Part shown: positions 23,696-36,305 of the stretch, in pieces
Position numbering within the stretch: the stretch's first letter is position 1
How the letters are laid out: each line of letters begins with the position of its first letter
From: Anthoceros angustus
Lineage: Eukaryota > Plantae > Anthocerotophyta
Direction: 5' to 3'
Assembly (NCBI GenBank): GCA_010909165.1
Contig: MU008183.1
Coordinates: 434,001-498,000 of the forward strand
DNA length: 64,000 nucleotides
The notes under the pieces: generated by a model
Databases searched by the model: none
Told to the model about the DNA's origin: nothing
What the model saw: only the letters and a program-made list of their open reading frames with translations
Made by a program: the position numbers and the translations under genes

Positions 23696-24830
23696 TAATG
23701 GCAGCCTCGAACCAGCTACACCCAGGCATAAATCACATGCGTGCCACCGAAAGCAATCCCCGAACCTCCTCACCGGCCTTCTCCACATCACACACCAAGC
23801 CAGGAAAACGATCACACACCACAAAACAGCCTCCTCTTCCACAATCTATGACCGCTTCTCACTTAAAAGAAAAATTTTCCCGACCGCATAGCGCAGCATC
23901 GAGTACAGCCAAATTGCTCTCAATTCCCGTCCACGCCGCAGCCAAAGCTCACCAGAAGACACATCCAAGTCTCAGCATTCATCTACCACCTGCAAACCTA
24001 ATTTCCGCACAACCTTCAGCTTCGATCCCTCAGCACAGACGCACTCCGCCGCAAAATTCAGCTCCCGAACACCGCCTCCAATTCCGTTCTCCAACTCCTT
24101 CCCCTACATTCGGTGCCAAACCTGAACCACAGCACGCTTGATCGGTCCCATCCCATACCCCCGAGCCCCGGAATCCGCCACCAACACTTGAGAGCGCAAA
24201 ATTCCGGTCCTCCCCTCCCCCCTTCCGCACCACCTCTGGCCCTCAGGGCGCTAATCGACCCCGCACCCGCATCAGCAACAGCAATCGTATTCCGGATGCT
24301 AGTGCCAATCCAGCCGCGCCGAAAATGCTCGTCTCCCCTTGGAAGTTCGAAACGATTACCTCGCCCGGCGGCCACCGCGGAAGCAAGCCACGAAGCCCCT
24401 GGAGGGTTTCCGATTTCCTAGGCCTGGGAAAGACATGCGTTTCATTCCTTCGGGGCCTCTCTTTCCCGCCCTCTCTTTTTGTTCGCTTACAAACCCGTTT
24501 CGCTTCATTTAATAGGCTTACCGATTAAACTGAGACGCGGCCCGGAGAAGAGCAAACGCAAACCTCGATTCCGAACAACAACAAGCTCTTTACTGTGGAA
24601 CATAGCGTAACACTGTGGCATGCCAGATTGCACACAACACAAAGCCATGCACATGTTATTGCCCTCTGAAGATGCAAACAAGGAAGGAAGGATGCAGCAT
24701 TTGGAAGATCCCAAGTGGTGAAATGGTGGCAACGTTCGTTGTGATCAAATTGCCTGATCTGCCTGCACATGTCCCCACATACAAGCTGTACTTGGAGGAT
24801 CTGGATGCATTGAAGCCAGCCTCCAGCACC

Positions 24831-25398
24831 CTAGGATTTGTCGGAGGATTTCTCAGGTGTCTCAGACTCAGTTGCAGTAGTAGTAGTAGTAGTAGTAACA
24901 GTAGTCATAGTGATGTGGTAAGCTCCGGCTGGGAAGTAGGCGATGTTGAAAGCCTCGTATCGGCCGGCACAGTTCTGCACGTTGATGATTCCTCTAGGCA
25001 GGCCGTTCTGCTGGACGGTTTTGCCGTCGAGGCGGAGGAAGGACTGGGCGGTGGTCGCGGACTGGATGTTGTAGCCACCGTGGAGGCGATTTGGAACGAG
25101 CTGGAAGTTGGCGAAATGGTTGAGGGCGTCGGACACCCACACCTTCCCGGCGCCCGTGGGTAGGTGCCTTTGGGGACGTCCGCAACCTGGATGCCGTCCA
25201 GGAAGAGGAAGAACCCGGGAAACCTCACAGACTGGATGGCCCACACGTCGTCGCCCTTGGCCACCAGCACGAACCTGCCGGCGTCGGTCACGGGGTTGCT
25301 CAGGCTCACGCTGCTGGGCTTGGTGCCCTTGTCGGGCTCGGACACCTGGAGAAACACTCCGGGAACTCCCTCGACTCGATCGAAAACGGGAGCGCCAT
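24831..25398 (-). CDS. Protein X copy 1: intronless three-repeat beta-trefoil-like protein (fascin/AbfB-like), ~185 aa with Thr-rich tail
   Basis: Consensus MALPFSIESREFPGVFLQVS..RFVLVAKGDDVWAIQSVRFPGFFLFLDG..GKVWVSDALNHFANFQLV..GGYNIQSATTAQSFLRLDG..GGIINVQNYAGRYEAFNIAYFP. Two 1-bp homopolymer deletions in this copy. Confidence 0.7.
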
Positions 25399-26449
25399 TT
25401 CTGGATCCGCCCACAACCAAACCTGGACAGAGCGCTGCAGCTAGGATTCAGCAAGCTGCTAGGATGTTTGCAAGAGAGAACTCCAGTTGCGTTGTTGCAG
25501 AGATGGCATTCCAAGGGCCTTTTATATACACATGGACCCGGTGGTGATGTGAAGGCTGAGTGCGCACGTTCATGTCCTTATGAACTCCGAAAAGATCCAT
25601 TCATGTGACTGGTTTCAATCAGCCATGTGTGAAGTCCTTGTGAACTCTGAAAAGATCCATTCATGTGACTGGTTTCAATCAGCCATGTGTGAAGGTGGCC
25701 ATTTGTTGCAGGCCTGGCCTGCCACCAGGGTTAGTGCTCGACGCAGGCAGCTCAGAGTCCTGCAGTTTACAGGTTGGACTCATCAGGGCCAGACGCGTCT
25801 GATCACTGTAGCTACATGCATATTTGGTTTCTTCAAGGATGTCTGACCACGACCAGGCCGGTTCCTCACGCATGACGGTAAAGGTGTAAAGAGTGTAGTA
25901 GTACACATTCATGAATCGTTCATGAATGTACCATTCACTACCTGGTGGAGGCCAGTCAGATATCCATAGGCATCGGAATGCCCCTCACTTGGTTGTCCAC
26001 GTTGTTGAACTCAAAAAGAACTGAAAGCAGAGGTTTCGCACCCTGAAGTTTCACACAGGTAAAAAGGGCTAGGTACTCTAGAGAAATTGGGACTTCACAT
26101 AAAGTACCTAGAGCTTGTTTGAGGCAGGATTTTGCTAGATATTTTCTATAATAATTTATTTTATATCTAATATTTATTTAAAAAATATAATTTTAGATAT
26201 ATTGAACTTACATGTATCCAGTTAACTATAATTAACTAGAATGGATTTAATATTCAAGCTTACTCGTGAGCGAGATAATGAGAGCAAGTATAGTTAACAA
26301 CAATTAAATAGAATGGATTTAACATTCAAGTTCACTTATGTCCGAGATAATGAGAGCAAGTATAGTTAACAACAATTAACTAGAATGAATTTAATATTCA
26401 AGTTCACTTATGGCCTCGAGATATTAAGGGAAATTATCGGGATATTTAA

Positions 26450-27660
26450 CTTTTGTAGCCTATATATGTAAGTAAGATCATGTGAGATTTTAAATCCAAA
26501 ATGGGGACAACCAATTTGTCTTGTGATGTTGAGTTGAAAGAGGAGAAAGTTGAGAATTGTTTACCTATTGAGATGCATAGTACTTTGAAGGCTGCTTCAA
26601 TTCCTATAGTGTTCAATAGCAGCATGAGTAGTTGGATAGCTAGCTCTAGAGGGCACTTGACCAAGCATGCCGTACAGCGTCAAGTGTACTATGTCTTTAA
26701 TGTATTTGACCACTTTTATGGAAGCTCATTTGATCCACATCTATCTCATACATTTAGGCCACGGACACGTCAAGAACCCGCTCTTTTCCAATCTTTCTTC
26801 AAAGTTGGAAACTTGCCCAACAATATCTTCATACGATTTTACAAAGGCGTCTTGATTTACTTGAGTCATGATATTAGGACTATCTCGGAACACCTTTGCT
26901 TATGCACCATTTGTCTTTGACATCCACCTTCCGAGTAACTTTCCATTGGTATGATAACTCCTCCCTTTTCAATTTGACATTGTATGAGCATTCTTCCTTA
27001 GTAATTCTAGTTTCTCTAACTTACATGTTTTGTTCGTTTGTCGTGAAAATGCTCGCATTTTTCTATCACAATTATCCGAATTCATGCCTTAAGTGACTCC
27101 AAGACTCTTTCAAAGCTGGACATTATCAACACTAAGTGGTTGGGTGATCTGGAATAGAGATTCTTATTCCCGGAGCACCGACTATCCAAGATTCTTTGCC
27201 TCCTTACGTTGTTGGATCCGGTAGGAGGACCATTCTTTGTTGATGATCACGAGAATATTGGGAGTCAAGGAAGTGTTCAAGAATTTGGCGAAATGACTAC
27301 ATTGATGAGCTTGAAGATGTTGTTGTTCATATTGAAGAGTCCACCAAAACATTTTGAACCTTTTATTTGTTTTCACTTTCATAGTTTAAGAGAAGAAATT
27401 TTGGAGATTTGTAGAAGCTATGCTTGGGCCATAGGTCGACCTTCCACACTCCATTACTTTTAGAGGCATAATTGGAGCTTTGCTACCCAAGCTTGAAGTT
27501 GCTTTGTCTTCACTTCATGAAGGATTCAAATGTTAGTGCTTTGCCTTGGGGATTCAAATGTAAGTGCTTTGCCTTCACTTGAGGAGTCGGATGTAAGCGC
27601 TTTACCTTCACTTGAGGATTGAAATGTAAGTATCATTCACTTGGGGATTCAATGTAAGTG
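26450..27660 (-). pseudogene. Unidentified decayed ORF-like segment with N-terminal 33-bp (11-aa, SSEGKALTFES-like) repeats; also at ~45370-46620 and ~51910-53177
   Basis: Codon-multiple repeat unit gtgctttgccttcacttggggattcaaatgtaa; fragmentary ORFs present in all three units; no family recognised. Confidence 0.3.
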
Positions 27661-28300
27661 CATGATGAGTATTCATATGAATGCTAACATTTTTGTTTAG
27701 TCTATAGAGTAAAGATAAATATATATTTAATTATAATAACAATCATGTCGCTCATATTTGTAAGCTCATGGTTTCTTAGAAATATATAACGGTCTTAGCT
27801 TTATGGCTACAAAATTTCGGAGTCTTAAAAAAAACCCAAACCTCCCTCCCATACGGAATAAAACCTTATATTCTAGATGAATTCGAGAGTCAAAACAAAC
27901 ATCAATACACGATCCATATAGGTGAATTCAAAGTTGTCGAGCTGCAAGCATTGTGAGTTTTCACACCGCTAAGGCTAAATGGCTTAGGCCAAATGGATAC
28001 ATATTTATAAAAACGTCGTGATTAAATATCCCGCACTTAGATCGGTACTTAGATGGGGTGCTTAAAGAGAATGGATACCCTTAGTGCAAGTAGCTTAGGC
28101 ACACCATGGTACAAGTTGTGAAGTATCAAGTCCCATGACGGAAATCCGTGCTTAGTGGACTTAAATAAAATTCTTCTTCGCCCAAAGACCGGCATAGCAA
28201 CGCTTTTATCATAAAATTCTTTTCTTCTTTTATAGACCCATGGCAAGCAACGCTTTTATCTTCATTTGCCAGGCCTCGCGAGCGGATGGGCGGACGGAGC

Positions 28301-28759
28301 TCACGCCGTCTGCGGAAGTAGACAAAATTGAGCGCCTCGTACTCGCCGGCATAGTTCGAGCGCTCACGATCCTCCTTCCACCGCACACCCACGCCGTCCA
28401 GCGCAGGAAGGCGACCGCGGCCCGCCGAGGGCGCCCCAAGCTTGTCGCTCGGGCCAATCTTGAACTTGGCAATCGCGTCGTCGATGTTCTTGGTGGCGAC
28501 ACCTTCCGGCGCCACCAGGAATGTGGCCGGGGCCCGAGAATTTGGTCACGCTCGCCCGTCGAGGAAGTAGTCGGGATGTTCCACCGACTGGATGCCGTAG
28601 ACCTCATCTCCTCTGGCGCGCAGGACGAACCTGGAGTTGGGTCCTTGCACCGATGCCGTTCACAGTGACGGGTCCTGGGACCCGGGCGTGGAGCTGTTCA
28701 ATGCCAGCTGCACAAACAGGCCGGAACGCAATGGACTCGATGGCAAAGGGGAACGCCAT
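28301..28759 (-). CDS. Protein Y copy 1, paralog of X (beta-trefoil-like, ~161 aa consensus); many small deletions
   Basis: Consensus MAFPFAIESIAFPGLFVQLA..RFVLRARGDEVYGIQSVEHPDYFLSLDA..GKVSATKNIDDAIAKFKIG..GGNALRALDAVAFLRLDGSGVQVEGGIVNAQNYAGEYEALNFVYFPQTA*. Confidence 0.65.
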
Positions 28760-29929
28760 TCTTCGTGGCGCCGCACACAGATCGGGCGAGGGTGAGGAGG
28801 TGGAAGAACGGGAGGCTTGCTCCTGGGTGGGAAACACTCTTGCGAAATCGGGGAAGATGGCGCGCCTAGAAATATTGACATTGAAGCGAGCTCGTGAGTT
28901 CACCCACAGGAGTGCTTGGTACAGGTACCTTTCCAGCTCTTGATAGTCCAGACTCCAGAGCAGAGCTACAATGTAAATGGACGATATTCCTGCGCACTGC
29001 AGGAGGCTGGTATTGAGCTCAGGCGCCAGGCAAAGGCGGGCATTATTGTTGAGGAAAAGCCATGAGGCGACAGACGGATCGTGAATCAAGACGAGTCATG
29101 GAGGTACGGGTGGAGAAGTCGGATAGTGTGTCCTCGTTTGTGCGTCACAGGTCCCCATCACCATCACCGCCTAAAATCAAACAAGGACAGATTCTACAAT
29201 CGCCCATAAGATTTAATTTGTAGCGTTGCAAGTTGTTCCATTGATGGGACGAGTTTAGTGAAGAAGAGATCTCCACAATGGGCAACAAGCCGCAAGGCAA
29301 CTTAGTGAAGAAGAGATCTCCACAATGGGCAACTAGCCGCAAGGCAACTGGAGTGAAGAGACAAAAACGACACCAGATTAGTTGATCTGAATTACATAGC
29401 TGATCATAGGATTACACAAGAATCGTAGGAAATACATAATGTAGATGGAAGTTATGGAACTTACGACCAAGGGGCCTGCATGTGCACGGTGCCCGAGCCT
29501 GGAAGCAAATCGCTCGGATGAGGTTTATTTAGAGTCCGAATGATTGGAGATAACAGGACGGATTCGGGCACTTTTCGAGGCTTTTCACATTGTGGCGCTG
29601 CAATGATTCCAAAGAAAGGGGAATAGCGATGGCGCCCCAAATTATGAACGATCGCCACTAACTAATAGCACCATTTCCAGCTTGAACTTTCCAGCTTCAT
29701 CAAGAAAGATAACCCTATGGCCACATTGTACATAATCGAATCACAGTGATTTGCTGCTGAAATTTCTGGAAATGTGAACAGTCGACAATCACAATACAGC
29801 CTGCACAAGTTTTAAGGCATTCCAGGAACTTACATACACTATCAATTGCTCAAATGAACGCCGTGGAACGTATTTTGAAAGCATAGGAGGCGATCGATTT
29901 GCAAAGGCATGCTTTAGGCAAGGAATGTA

Positions 29930-32900
29930 GATTCACCCAGATCGCATCGACACTAGTACGGAGACCGCTGTCGGCATCCGTGCGCGGTTTTTGGCACCGA
30001 CATGTCTCTCGGGATCTAATTCTCCGTCATTTGACTGGTTCTGGTTCTGGTTCTGCGTTCGAGCTTGCTTTCTCTTGGCTCTGGCTTTCCGGTTTTGGAA
30101 CCACCAGACGTTGGCATCTTGGATGGCCCTGCTCGCTGAGTTCGGCGGCGATTTTGATCCGATGCTTGTCCAGCACCATCGCCTTTCACAAATAACCTCT
30201 CAAGATCTGCGGTTGCTTGATGCTCGGCCCACCGCCGCACGACCCTCAGGAGTTGCTAAGCCGTAGTCAAGAGTGACAAAGCAAAAGTCGACGAGACTTG
30301 CACAAGATGCTTTGCATAATTAAAGTGAGTAGAAATACAAACAAACTGCCTTATGTCTTTCACGAAACGTCGCTAAAACCCTTTGCCTAATTTAGTGGGC
30401 TAGAGTTGCACTCTTTCACACTCCCACTCAGCTCTAGGCTCACTAAGGTTGCTTAAAGGACTCCTAAGTGACTTGACGATTGGATCTAATTCAGATTAGC
30501 TTGATCCACTCTCGCCACTTGGCAGCTCCCACTTAAGCTTGGAAAGTACTATTTTGTCGTTGACTTGGCCTCCTCAGCTGCTAAAGTGATGATATCACTA
30601 CCATCAACTACTCCAAGTCCTTCCCTATGTTTGTTGTGTTTATGAGTCGGAAGAGACTTAGTAAAAATATCGCGATTATCCTCGGTATTTACATAGCCAC
30701 TACCACCACTCCTCGTGAAGTAACATCACGTATATAATGGTGATATAGCTCAATGTGCTTAGTACGAGCATGATAACGAGGATTAGCGACTAAAGCTATA
30801 GCCGACATGTTATCACAATTGAGCAATGTAGGTGAGGTCAGCCATTTTATATCACTTAGAAGTGAACGCCCCACTCACCTCTTTACCCGCTTCAAGAAGA
30901 GCTTTATACTCCGCCTCATCGAACTCAAGGCCGACTTGTTTGCTTCTTACATCTCCGCCACGAGGCGCTAACATAAAACAATATGGAAATACTTTTCCGC
31001 ATGGCCGAGGCCCAATCGGCATCGACATATCCCGATAGCTCGAACTCTTTTCGACTGTGGAAGTGTAGCGGATGCCATATGTTGAGGTACCACTCACATA
31101 CCTCGTGATCCTCTTCATCGCTATCCAAAGGCTTCCCGCCCGGATTTTGAAGGTATTGAGCAAAGATTAACAACATACATGATATCGGGCCTAGTCCAAT
31201 TAACCAAATAGAGGAGACAACCCACATAAGTAGCATAAGGGATAGTAAGCATATCCTCACGCTCAGCATCAGATTGTGGGCAATCCTCAGAAGATAACCG
31301 AATACCAACTGCCCCTGGAGTAGATACGGGCCTAGCTGTTTGCATATTAAAACGGGTTAAGATTTCTCTTACATATTTTTGTTGATGCATAAATATTCGG
31401 CCATTAGGTCGATCTCGAAGAATTTGAATCCCGAGACACCATCGAAGAACCCCAATATCCTTCATATCAAATTCAGCCCGAAGCATATCCTTAACAGAGT
31501 TAATTAACTTCATACTAGTGCCAAACATACAGATGTCATCAACATATAAGGCTAAAATGATAAAGTTGGAGCCGTTAGCTAGATAATAAACATTACTATC
31601 AGCATGGCTTTGAGTAAAGCCAATAAACTTAAGACGACCATCACACTTATAAAACCATTTATTAGCACTTTGTTTTAAACCATAAAGGCACTTTAGCAGC
31701 TTACAAACTAACTCCGCATTAACATCTTCATAACCCTCAGGTTGCCGTATATATATTTCCTCCTCGAGTTCTCCATACAAGAATGCGGTACAAACATCCA
31801 TTTGATGGATTTCTAAGTTCAACTCTGCGGCTAAAGCTAAAAGAACCCTTAAGGATTGGGTCTTAACTACCGGCGAGAAAGTCTCCGTAATCGACGCTAC
31901 CACCTGGCTATAGCCCTTAGCAACTAGCCTAGCTTTATAACGCTCAATAGAACCATCAGCATTTAATTTGGTCTTAAAGACCCACTTGCAAAGGATGGGT
32001 TTACGACCGGAGGAAGTGGAACTAAATCCCATGTATGATTTTTAAGCAAAGAATTATACTCACTTTCTATTGCCTCTTTCCACGCAGCACCATTAGGTCC
32101 ATCCAAGGCCTCTCGATAGTAGTAGGTTCACCATCAACTGTCAGAAGAGCATATGCAAGGAGAGCCCTAGGATCAGTTGAAGGTGAATTAGTGAAAGCAG
32201 AAAAATCAGCATGAATAGAATTATCTTCTATATTTTCTTCACCATTTACGCATTATCGGGCATATTTCCAGCATTAGTATTAGCTAAAATATCCGTAAGT
32301 GCCCGTGTACGTGTACGTGCTCTAGATACGGAGGTTCGTGACCAGCGGACGGGAGCCCTACGCTCCCGTGTAGATGAGCGACGGGGAGGCACCGGCCCAA
32401 CCACATCTTCAGCCCGCACTCCAAGTTCCACATTATCCCGTTCACCCGCTTTTTCATGCTGTGCCCCAAGCCGCGCTCGTTCACTCGCTCCACCACTTGC
32501 TCGCACCGGATCCGCCGCCAATCCTGATCGACCGCACCACTCGAGGGTCGGCATGGCCACCGAGGTGAGCCGAGCCTTGCACGGCCGCCTCGGGATCGCG
32601 CGCCCTCGCACTCAATCCCGCCTAAAGGAAGCATCGACGCGCAATCCTTGTCCAAAGATTCTCGTGTTCCTTCGATTGAGAGCCCGCCACCGTGAGAAGG
32701 AGGCCTCTCGCAGCCATCCCGCCATGGTCGACTCCCTGCCCATGATTGCGATGCAGGTCTTGTCCTGCACTCACGGGAGCATGGGGCAAATGTGGCCATG
32801 CTGCAATGTCTTGCAGCTCCTCCTCACCGTCTGCATAATCTGCTGGTGCATTGGCGAGGGGGTATAGGCCCATGTTGCGATGTCCTGGGTCACGGCTGTG

Positions 32901-35900
32901 ATCAATGTGCGCAGGTTGGAAACCTGAGAACACTCCTGGAGTTGGCAGTTGAAAACCAACATTGGGATCAGGAGGGTCGTCCTCATCATTATCGTCATCT
33001 GGGTATGTGTGTGAACTACCATCTCCAAAGTCCAATTCGTGAATCGTCACCTCAAAACTGGATTTTCGCCCGAGCTTGATTCTCGTGAGGCTCGACGGTG
33101 TCTCCATGCCGCAGACTCCCACTGCTCCCACTGCCCGCTCAATGACAGGAGCTTCGTTGAAGACAACACTCCTAGCATATATCAGTTGGCGGGTGGAGGG
33201 TGAATACAGTCTATAACCCTTCACCTGATCTCCATAACCGACGAATATATGTTGGGTTGCCCTGTCAGCTAGCTTAGGCCTGCCCTGAAGGGGAACAAGG
33301 GCCCAAGCTGGACATCCAAAGACTCTGAGGTGTGCCACCCCAGGTTTTCTCTTGTACCATAACTCGAATGGTGTTGTTCGTGACGATATGGCTGATGTGT
33401 GCATCTTGTTCATCAGGTAGGTGGCTGTGACTGCAGCCTCAGCCCAGTAGGGCTTTGGAAGATTGGAGGCATGGAGCATCGTCCTTGCAGCACTTGCTAT
33501 GTCCCCAATTTTCTTCTCGGCTACCCCATTCTGTTGGGATGTGTAAGGTAAAGTGTATTGACGCATAATCCCTAGAGCCTTACACCAGTCTTTGAATTCA
33601 TTTGAACTGAACTCTCCTCGCTGTCTCCGCAAGCATAACTCAACCTTGGTCTCGAGATTCACCATTATTTTATAGTCTTGGAAGGTCAATGCATCACTTT
33701 TCCTCTTGGATACGTGTGTGTGAACTCGTAGTCATCAACAATGACGGGTAATATAGTGCTCCACCAAGGAGGGTACACTTAATGGCCCACATATATCTGC
33801 GCAATTCTAACAAACTGGTTGCCGTGTAGGGTTGGTGTTAGTGAAGGGTAGCTTGTGCTTTCCCATGACACAAGCCTCACAAACTTGCACTTTTCCTAGT
33901 TTAGGAGTCCTTCACCGTTTCTAAAATAATCAACCTGTGTGACGCAGGTTTAGGGAGATTCATGTGGCCAAACGCATATGCCACAAGAGAGTTCTTGAGG
34001 AGATAGAGTCGCCACGCAAGCAACCCTACTTCCACTGGCCGAGTGATGCAGCCTAAGTAAGAGCTCTAGAACATACAGTCATCCTGCTCCTTCTCGCTAT
34101 GCACCGATCGCCACCGAATAACTCGCCCCTTTCTCGTGAACAGGAAAGTGACATTGTTATTAGTGGTAAGGGCCTTCAAGAAACCGATTCTTAGTCATGG
34201 GGACATAAAGGACATCTCTCAAGTGTATATCTGCTCCGTATATGCAAGATCACGGTCCCTTTTCCTTTCACGATCGGTCATCACCACAACAACAACTTGC
34301 CCTAAGGAATCAAGAAGAAATGTTGTGAAGCAACTCCTATTGTTGCATATGTGCGCAGATGCTGTGAGTCCAAGTACCACAAGGAAGGTGATGTTCGAGT
34401 GGAAAGGAAGCATCATGATTGAAGGTACAGCCCCGCTTGTTGATTCAAGAACATGTGTCTCATGAGGCTTGGTTTCATGGGTTCGCCGCCTTTCTTACTG
34501 GCAGTCCGCTCCCAATGCCCTTCAAGTTGACACCGCCATAAGCTCCCTTCCTTTTCTTCTTATCACCTTTGTTAGAAGCACTGTGCTTGCCCGCCTCCTT
34601 TCTTATTCCATCTTGGCTTCTTTTGCCATGAGAATCTTGTCGAATTTGCGAGAAGATGATGCTATGTTCACTCTTCTCCGGCCTCTTCTTGCAAGATTGA
34701 AGCGGAGAGAGCTGCAACTATGAGTGTTGAAGCTCCACCGAATCGCAGTCGTTCGGAGGGGCCTGCTTTGTTGTGAAGCAAAACTCTCCCACTTTGAGGA
34801 GATGCCAGCAATTGTGCGATCGCATCCAACTCGGTCATCTTAGACCCAAGGAGTGATAGCGTGAACGAAGATACGAATTTGCCTAGGTGTCAAACACTCT
34901 CTTTTCTTTCAATCGCAAGGACTGAAAATTCATCCTTGCTTCTACAAGGGTCATGACGTTTTGTACTTGATAGAGATTAGCCAGGCCATCCCAGATTTCC
35001 CGGGATGTGTCATAACCTGCAGCATGATCCATCATGCTCTCGTCTAGGGCATTGATGATCAGATGCTTAGCTGTTTTATCTCCACGGTTCCATTTGTCAA
35101 CATCAGCTTGAGTGACAGCTGGTGTATTACTTGTGGCTGCAGCAACTATGGGAAGAGGCAATGTCCCATCCACGTACTGCCATACCTCTTTAAACTCAAG
35201 TGCAGTCTTCATTCTTATTCTCCAGATGTTATACTTAGTTCCGTTGAATCGATCTCTGTAATCGACTCCTGATATGTTGGCTGTGTTAGTAGCCATTGCA
35301 GAAGAAGTGTGTTAATACCGCCTCACAGTTCGTGGTGGACCGTGGGAATTATGATTCTCACAAGACCGCCACAAGAACAACCTTCTAGGTATTTTAAGCT
35401 TCACATGAAGCCAATTCACCACCAACAGACGTGACCTTCTCTGGCAGGTGTGTCTTGTGGCTCCAAACGATGCAGCGTTTAAGTTTTACCGTTTGAGTTT
35501 TCAGGTGGTGGAGGCGTCTGCGGCCTCCGAACATTTAGGGTTTCCTCCCTCGGTTGCTGCAGGCTCTCAAGCATAGAGATTACAGCATCAATCCTTTCAT
35601 TGATCTCATTGAAACAATGAACCATTACTCTGGGATTGATGTAGGGAGGCGCATCTCCTTGCCTGGGCAAGGTAAGGCCGTGTTGTTCCCGTGCTGCAAT
35701 TTGGTTGTTAGGATTCTCCCAATGCGCATAATCGCCTTCTTTCACTAAGAATTTGAGAGACCGTCCCGCCTGCTCCCTAGCACGGTACCCAATTTCGATG
35801 GGTAGTGACCTCCCTTGATCACGCCTGGTGGAGGCACCACCTCGTGAGAATTGTTATGGAATTGTTCCCTTGGCACTGTGAAATGGGAGGCCACGCACCG

Positions 35901-36305
35901 CGCCTCCGTCTCCTATGCATTTTTAAGTCAATTGAGAAGCAGACAATACAAGACGCGATGCGCGCATCATAGGCATTGGCGATCACGCATCCAGATCATG
36001 GACATTCGAGCCCATACATACACTGCTCGATACCAAGTGACAAAGCAAAAGTCACGAGACTTGCACAAGATGCTTTGCATAATTAAAGTGAGTAGAAATA
36101 CAAACAAAACTGTCTTATGTCTTTCACGAAACGTCGCTAAAACCCTTTGCCTAATTTAGTGGGCTAGAGTTGCACTCTTTCACACGAAGGACATGTGAGA
36201 GGAGCAAGGCGATCAACGCGCCAGCCGTGTGCATTTCCACTAGTCGTCGAGTGATTATGGTGTACATCAAATTTGCCGCCAGACCTCCATCCGATTCTCC
36301 GTCAT
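29930..36305 (-). pseudogene. WOX13-like copy 1, split by copia-1 (5' part 36185-36305, homeobox part ~29930-30270)
   Basis: The WOX sequence ..gagtc|gaaggacatgtg.. is interrupted by LTRs at 30274 and 36184. Confidence 0.8.
30274..36184 (-). mobile_element. Ty1/copia element (copia-1), full length, 147-bp TG...CA LTRs (30274-30420, 36038-36184)
   Basis: tRNA-Met-type PBS tggtatc(a)gagc at ~36025-36035; PPT at ~30421-30432; gag 35296-34883 (RFNGTKYNIWRIRMKTALE); WYLDS.ASAHIC protease; integrase ORF 32622-33689; RT 31121-32032 (LYVDD); RNaseH (CDNMSAIAL..HARTKHIEL..ADIF). Right flank cgaag; left flank only approximately matches. Confidence 0.93.

Noticed and set aside
24878-24920. Thr-rich tail of X as a functional mucin-like domain
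   Set aside because: It is encoded by a (GTA)n microsatellite that varies among copies, and Y lacks it; there is no evidence of function.
26068-26112. ctaggtact...agtacctag hairpin as a Helitron 3' end
   Set aside because: Spacing and A|T insertion context do not fit, and no 5' TC end or Rep/helicase remnant was identified.
28760-29160. Possible extra gene immediately upstream of Y (..LDYQELERYLYQALLWVNSRARFN..)
   Set aside because: The frame is broken differently in each copy, there is no clear start, and I recognise no family.
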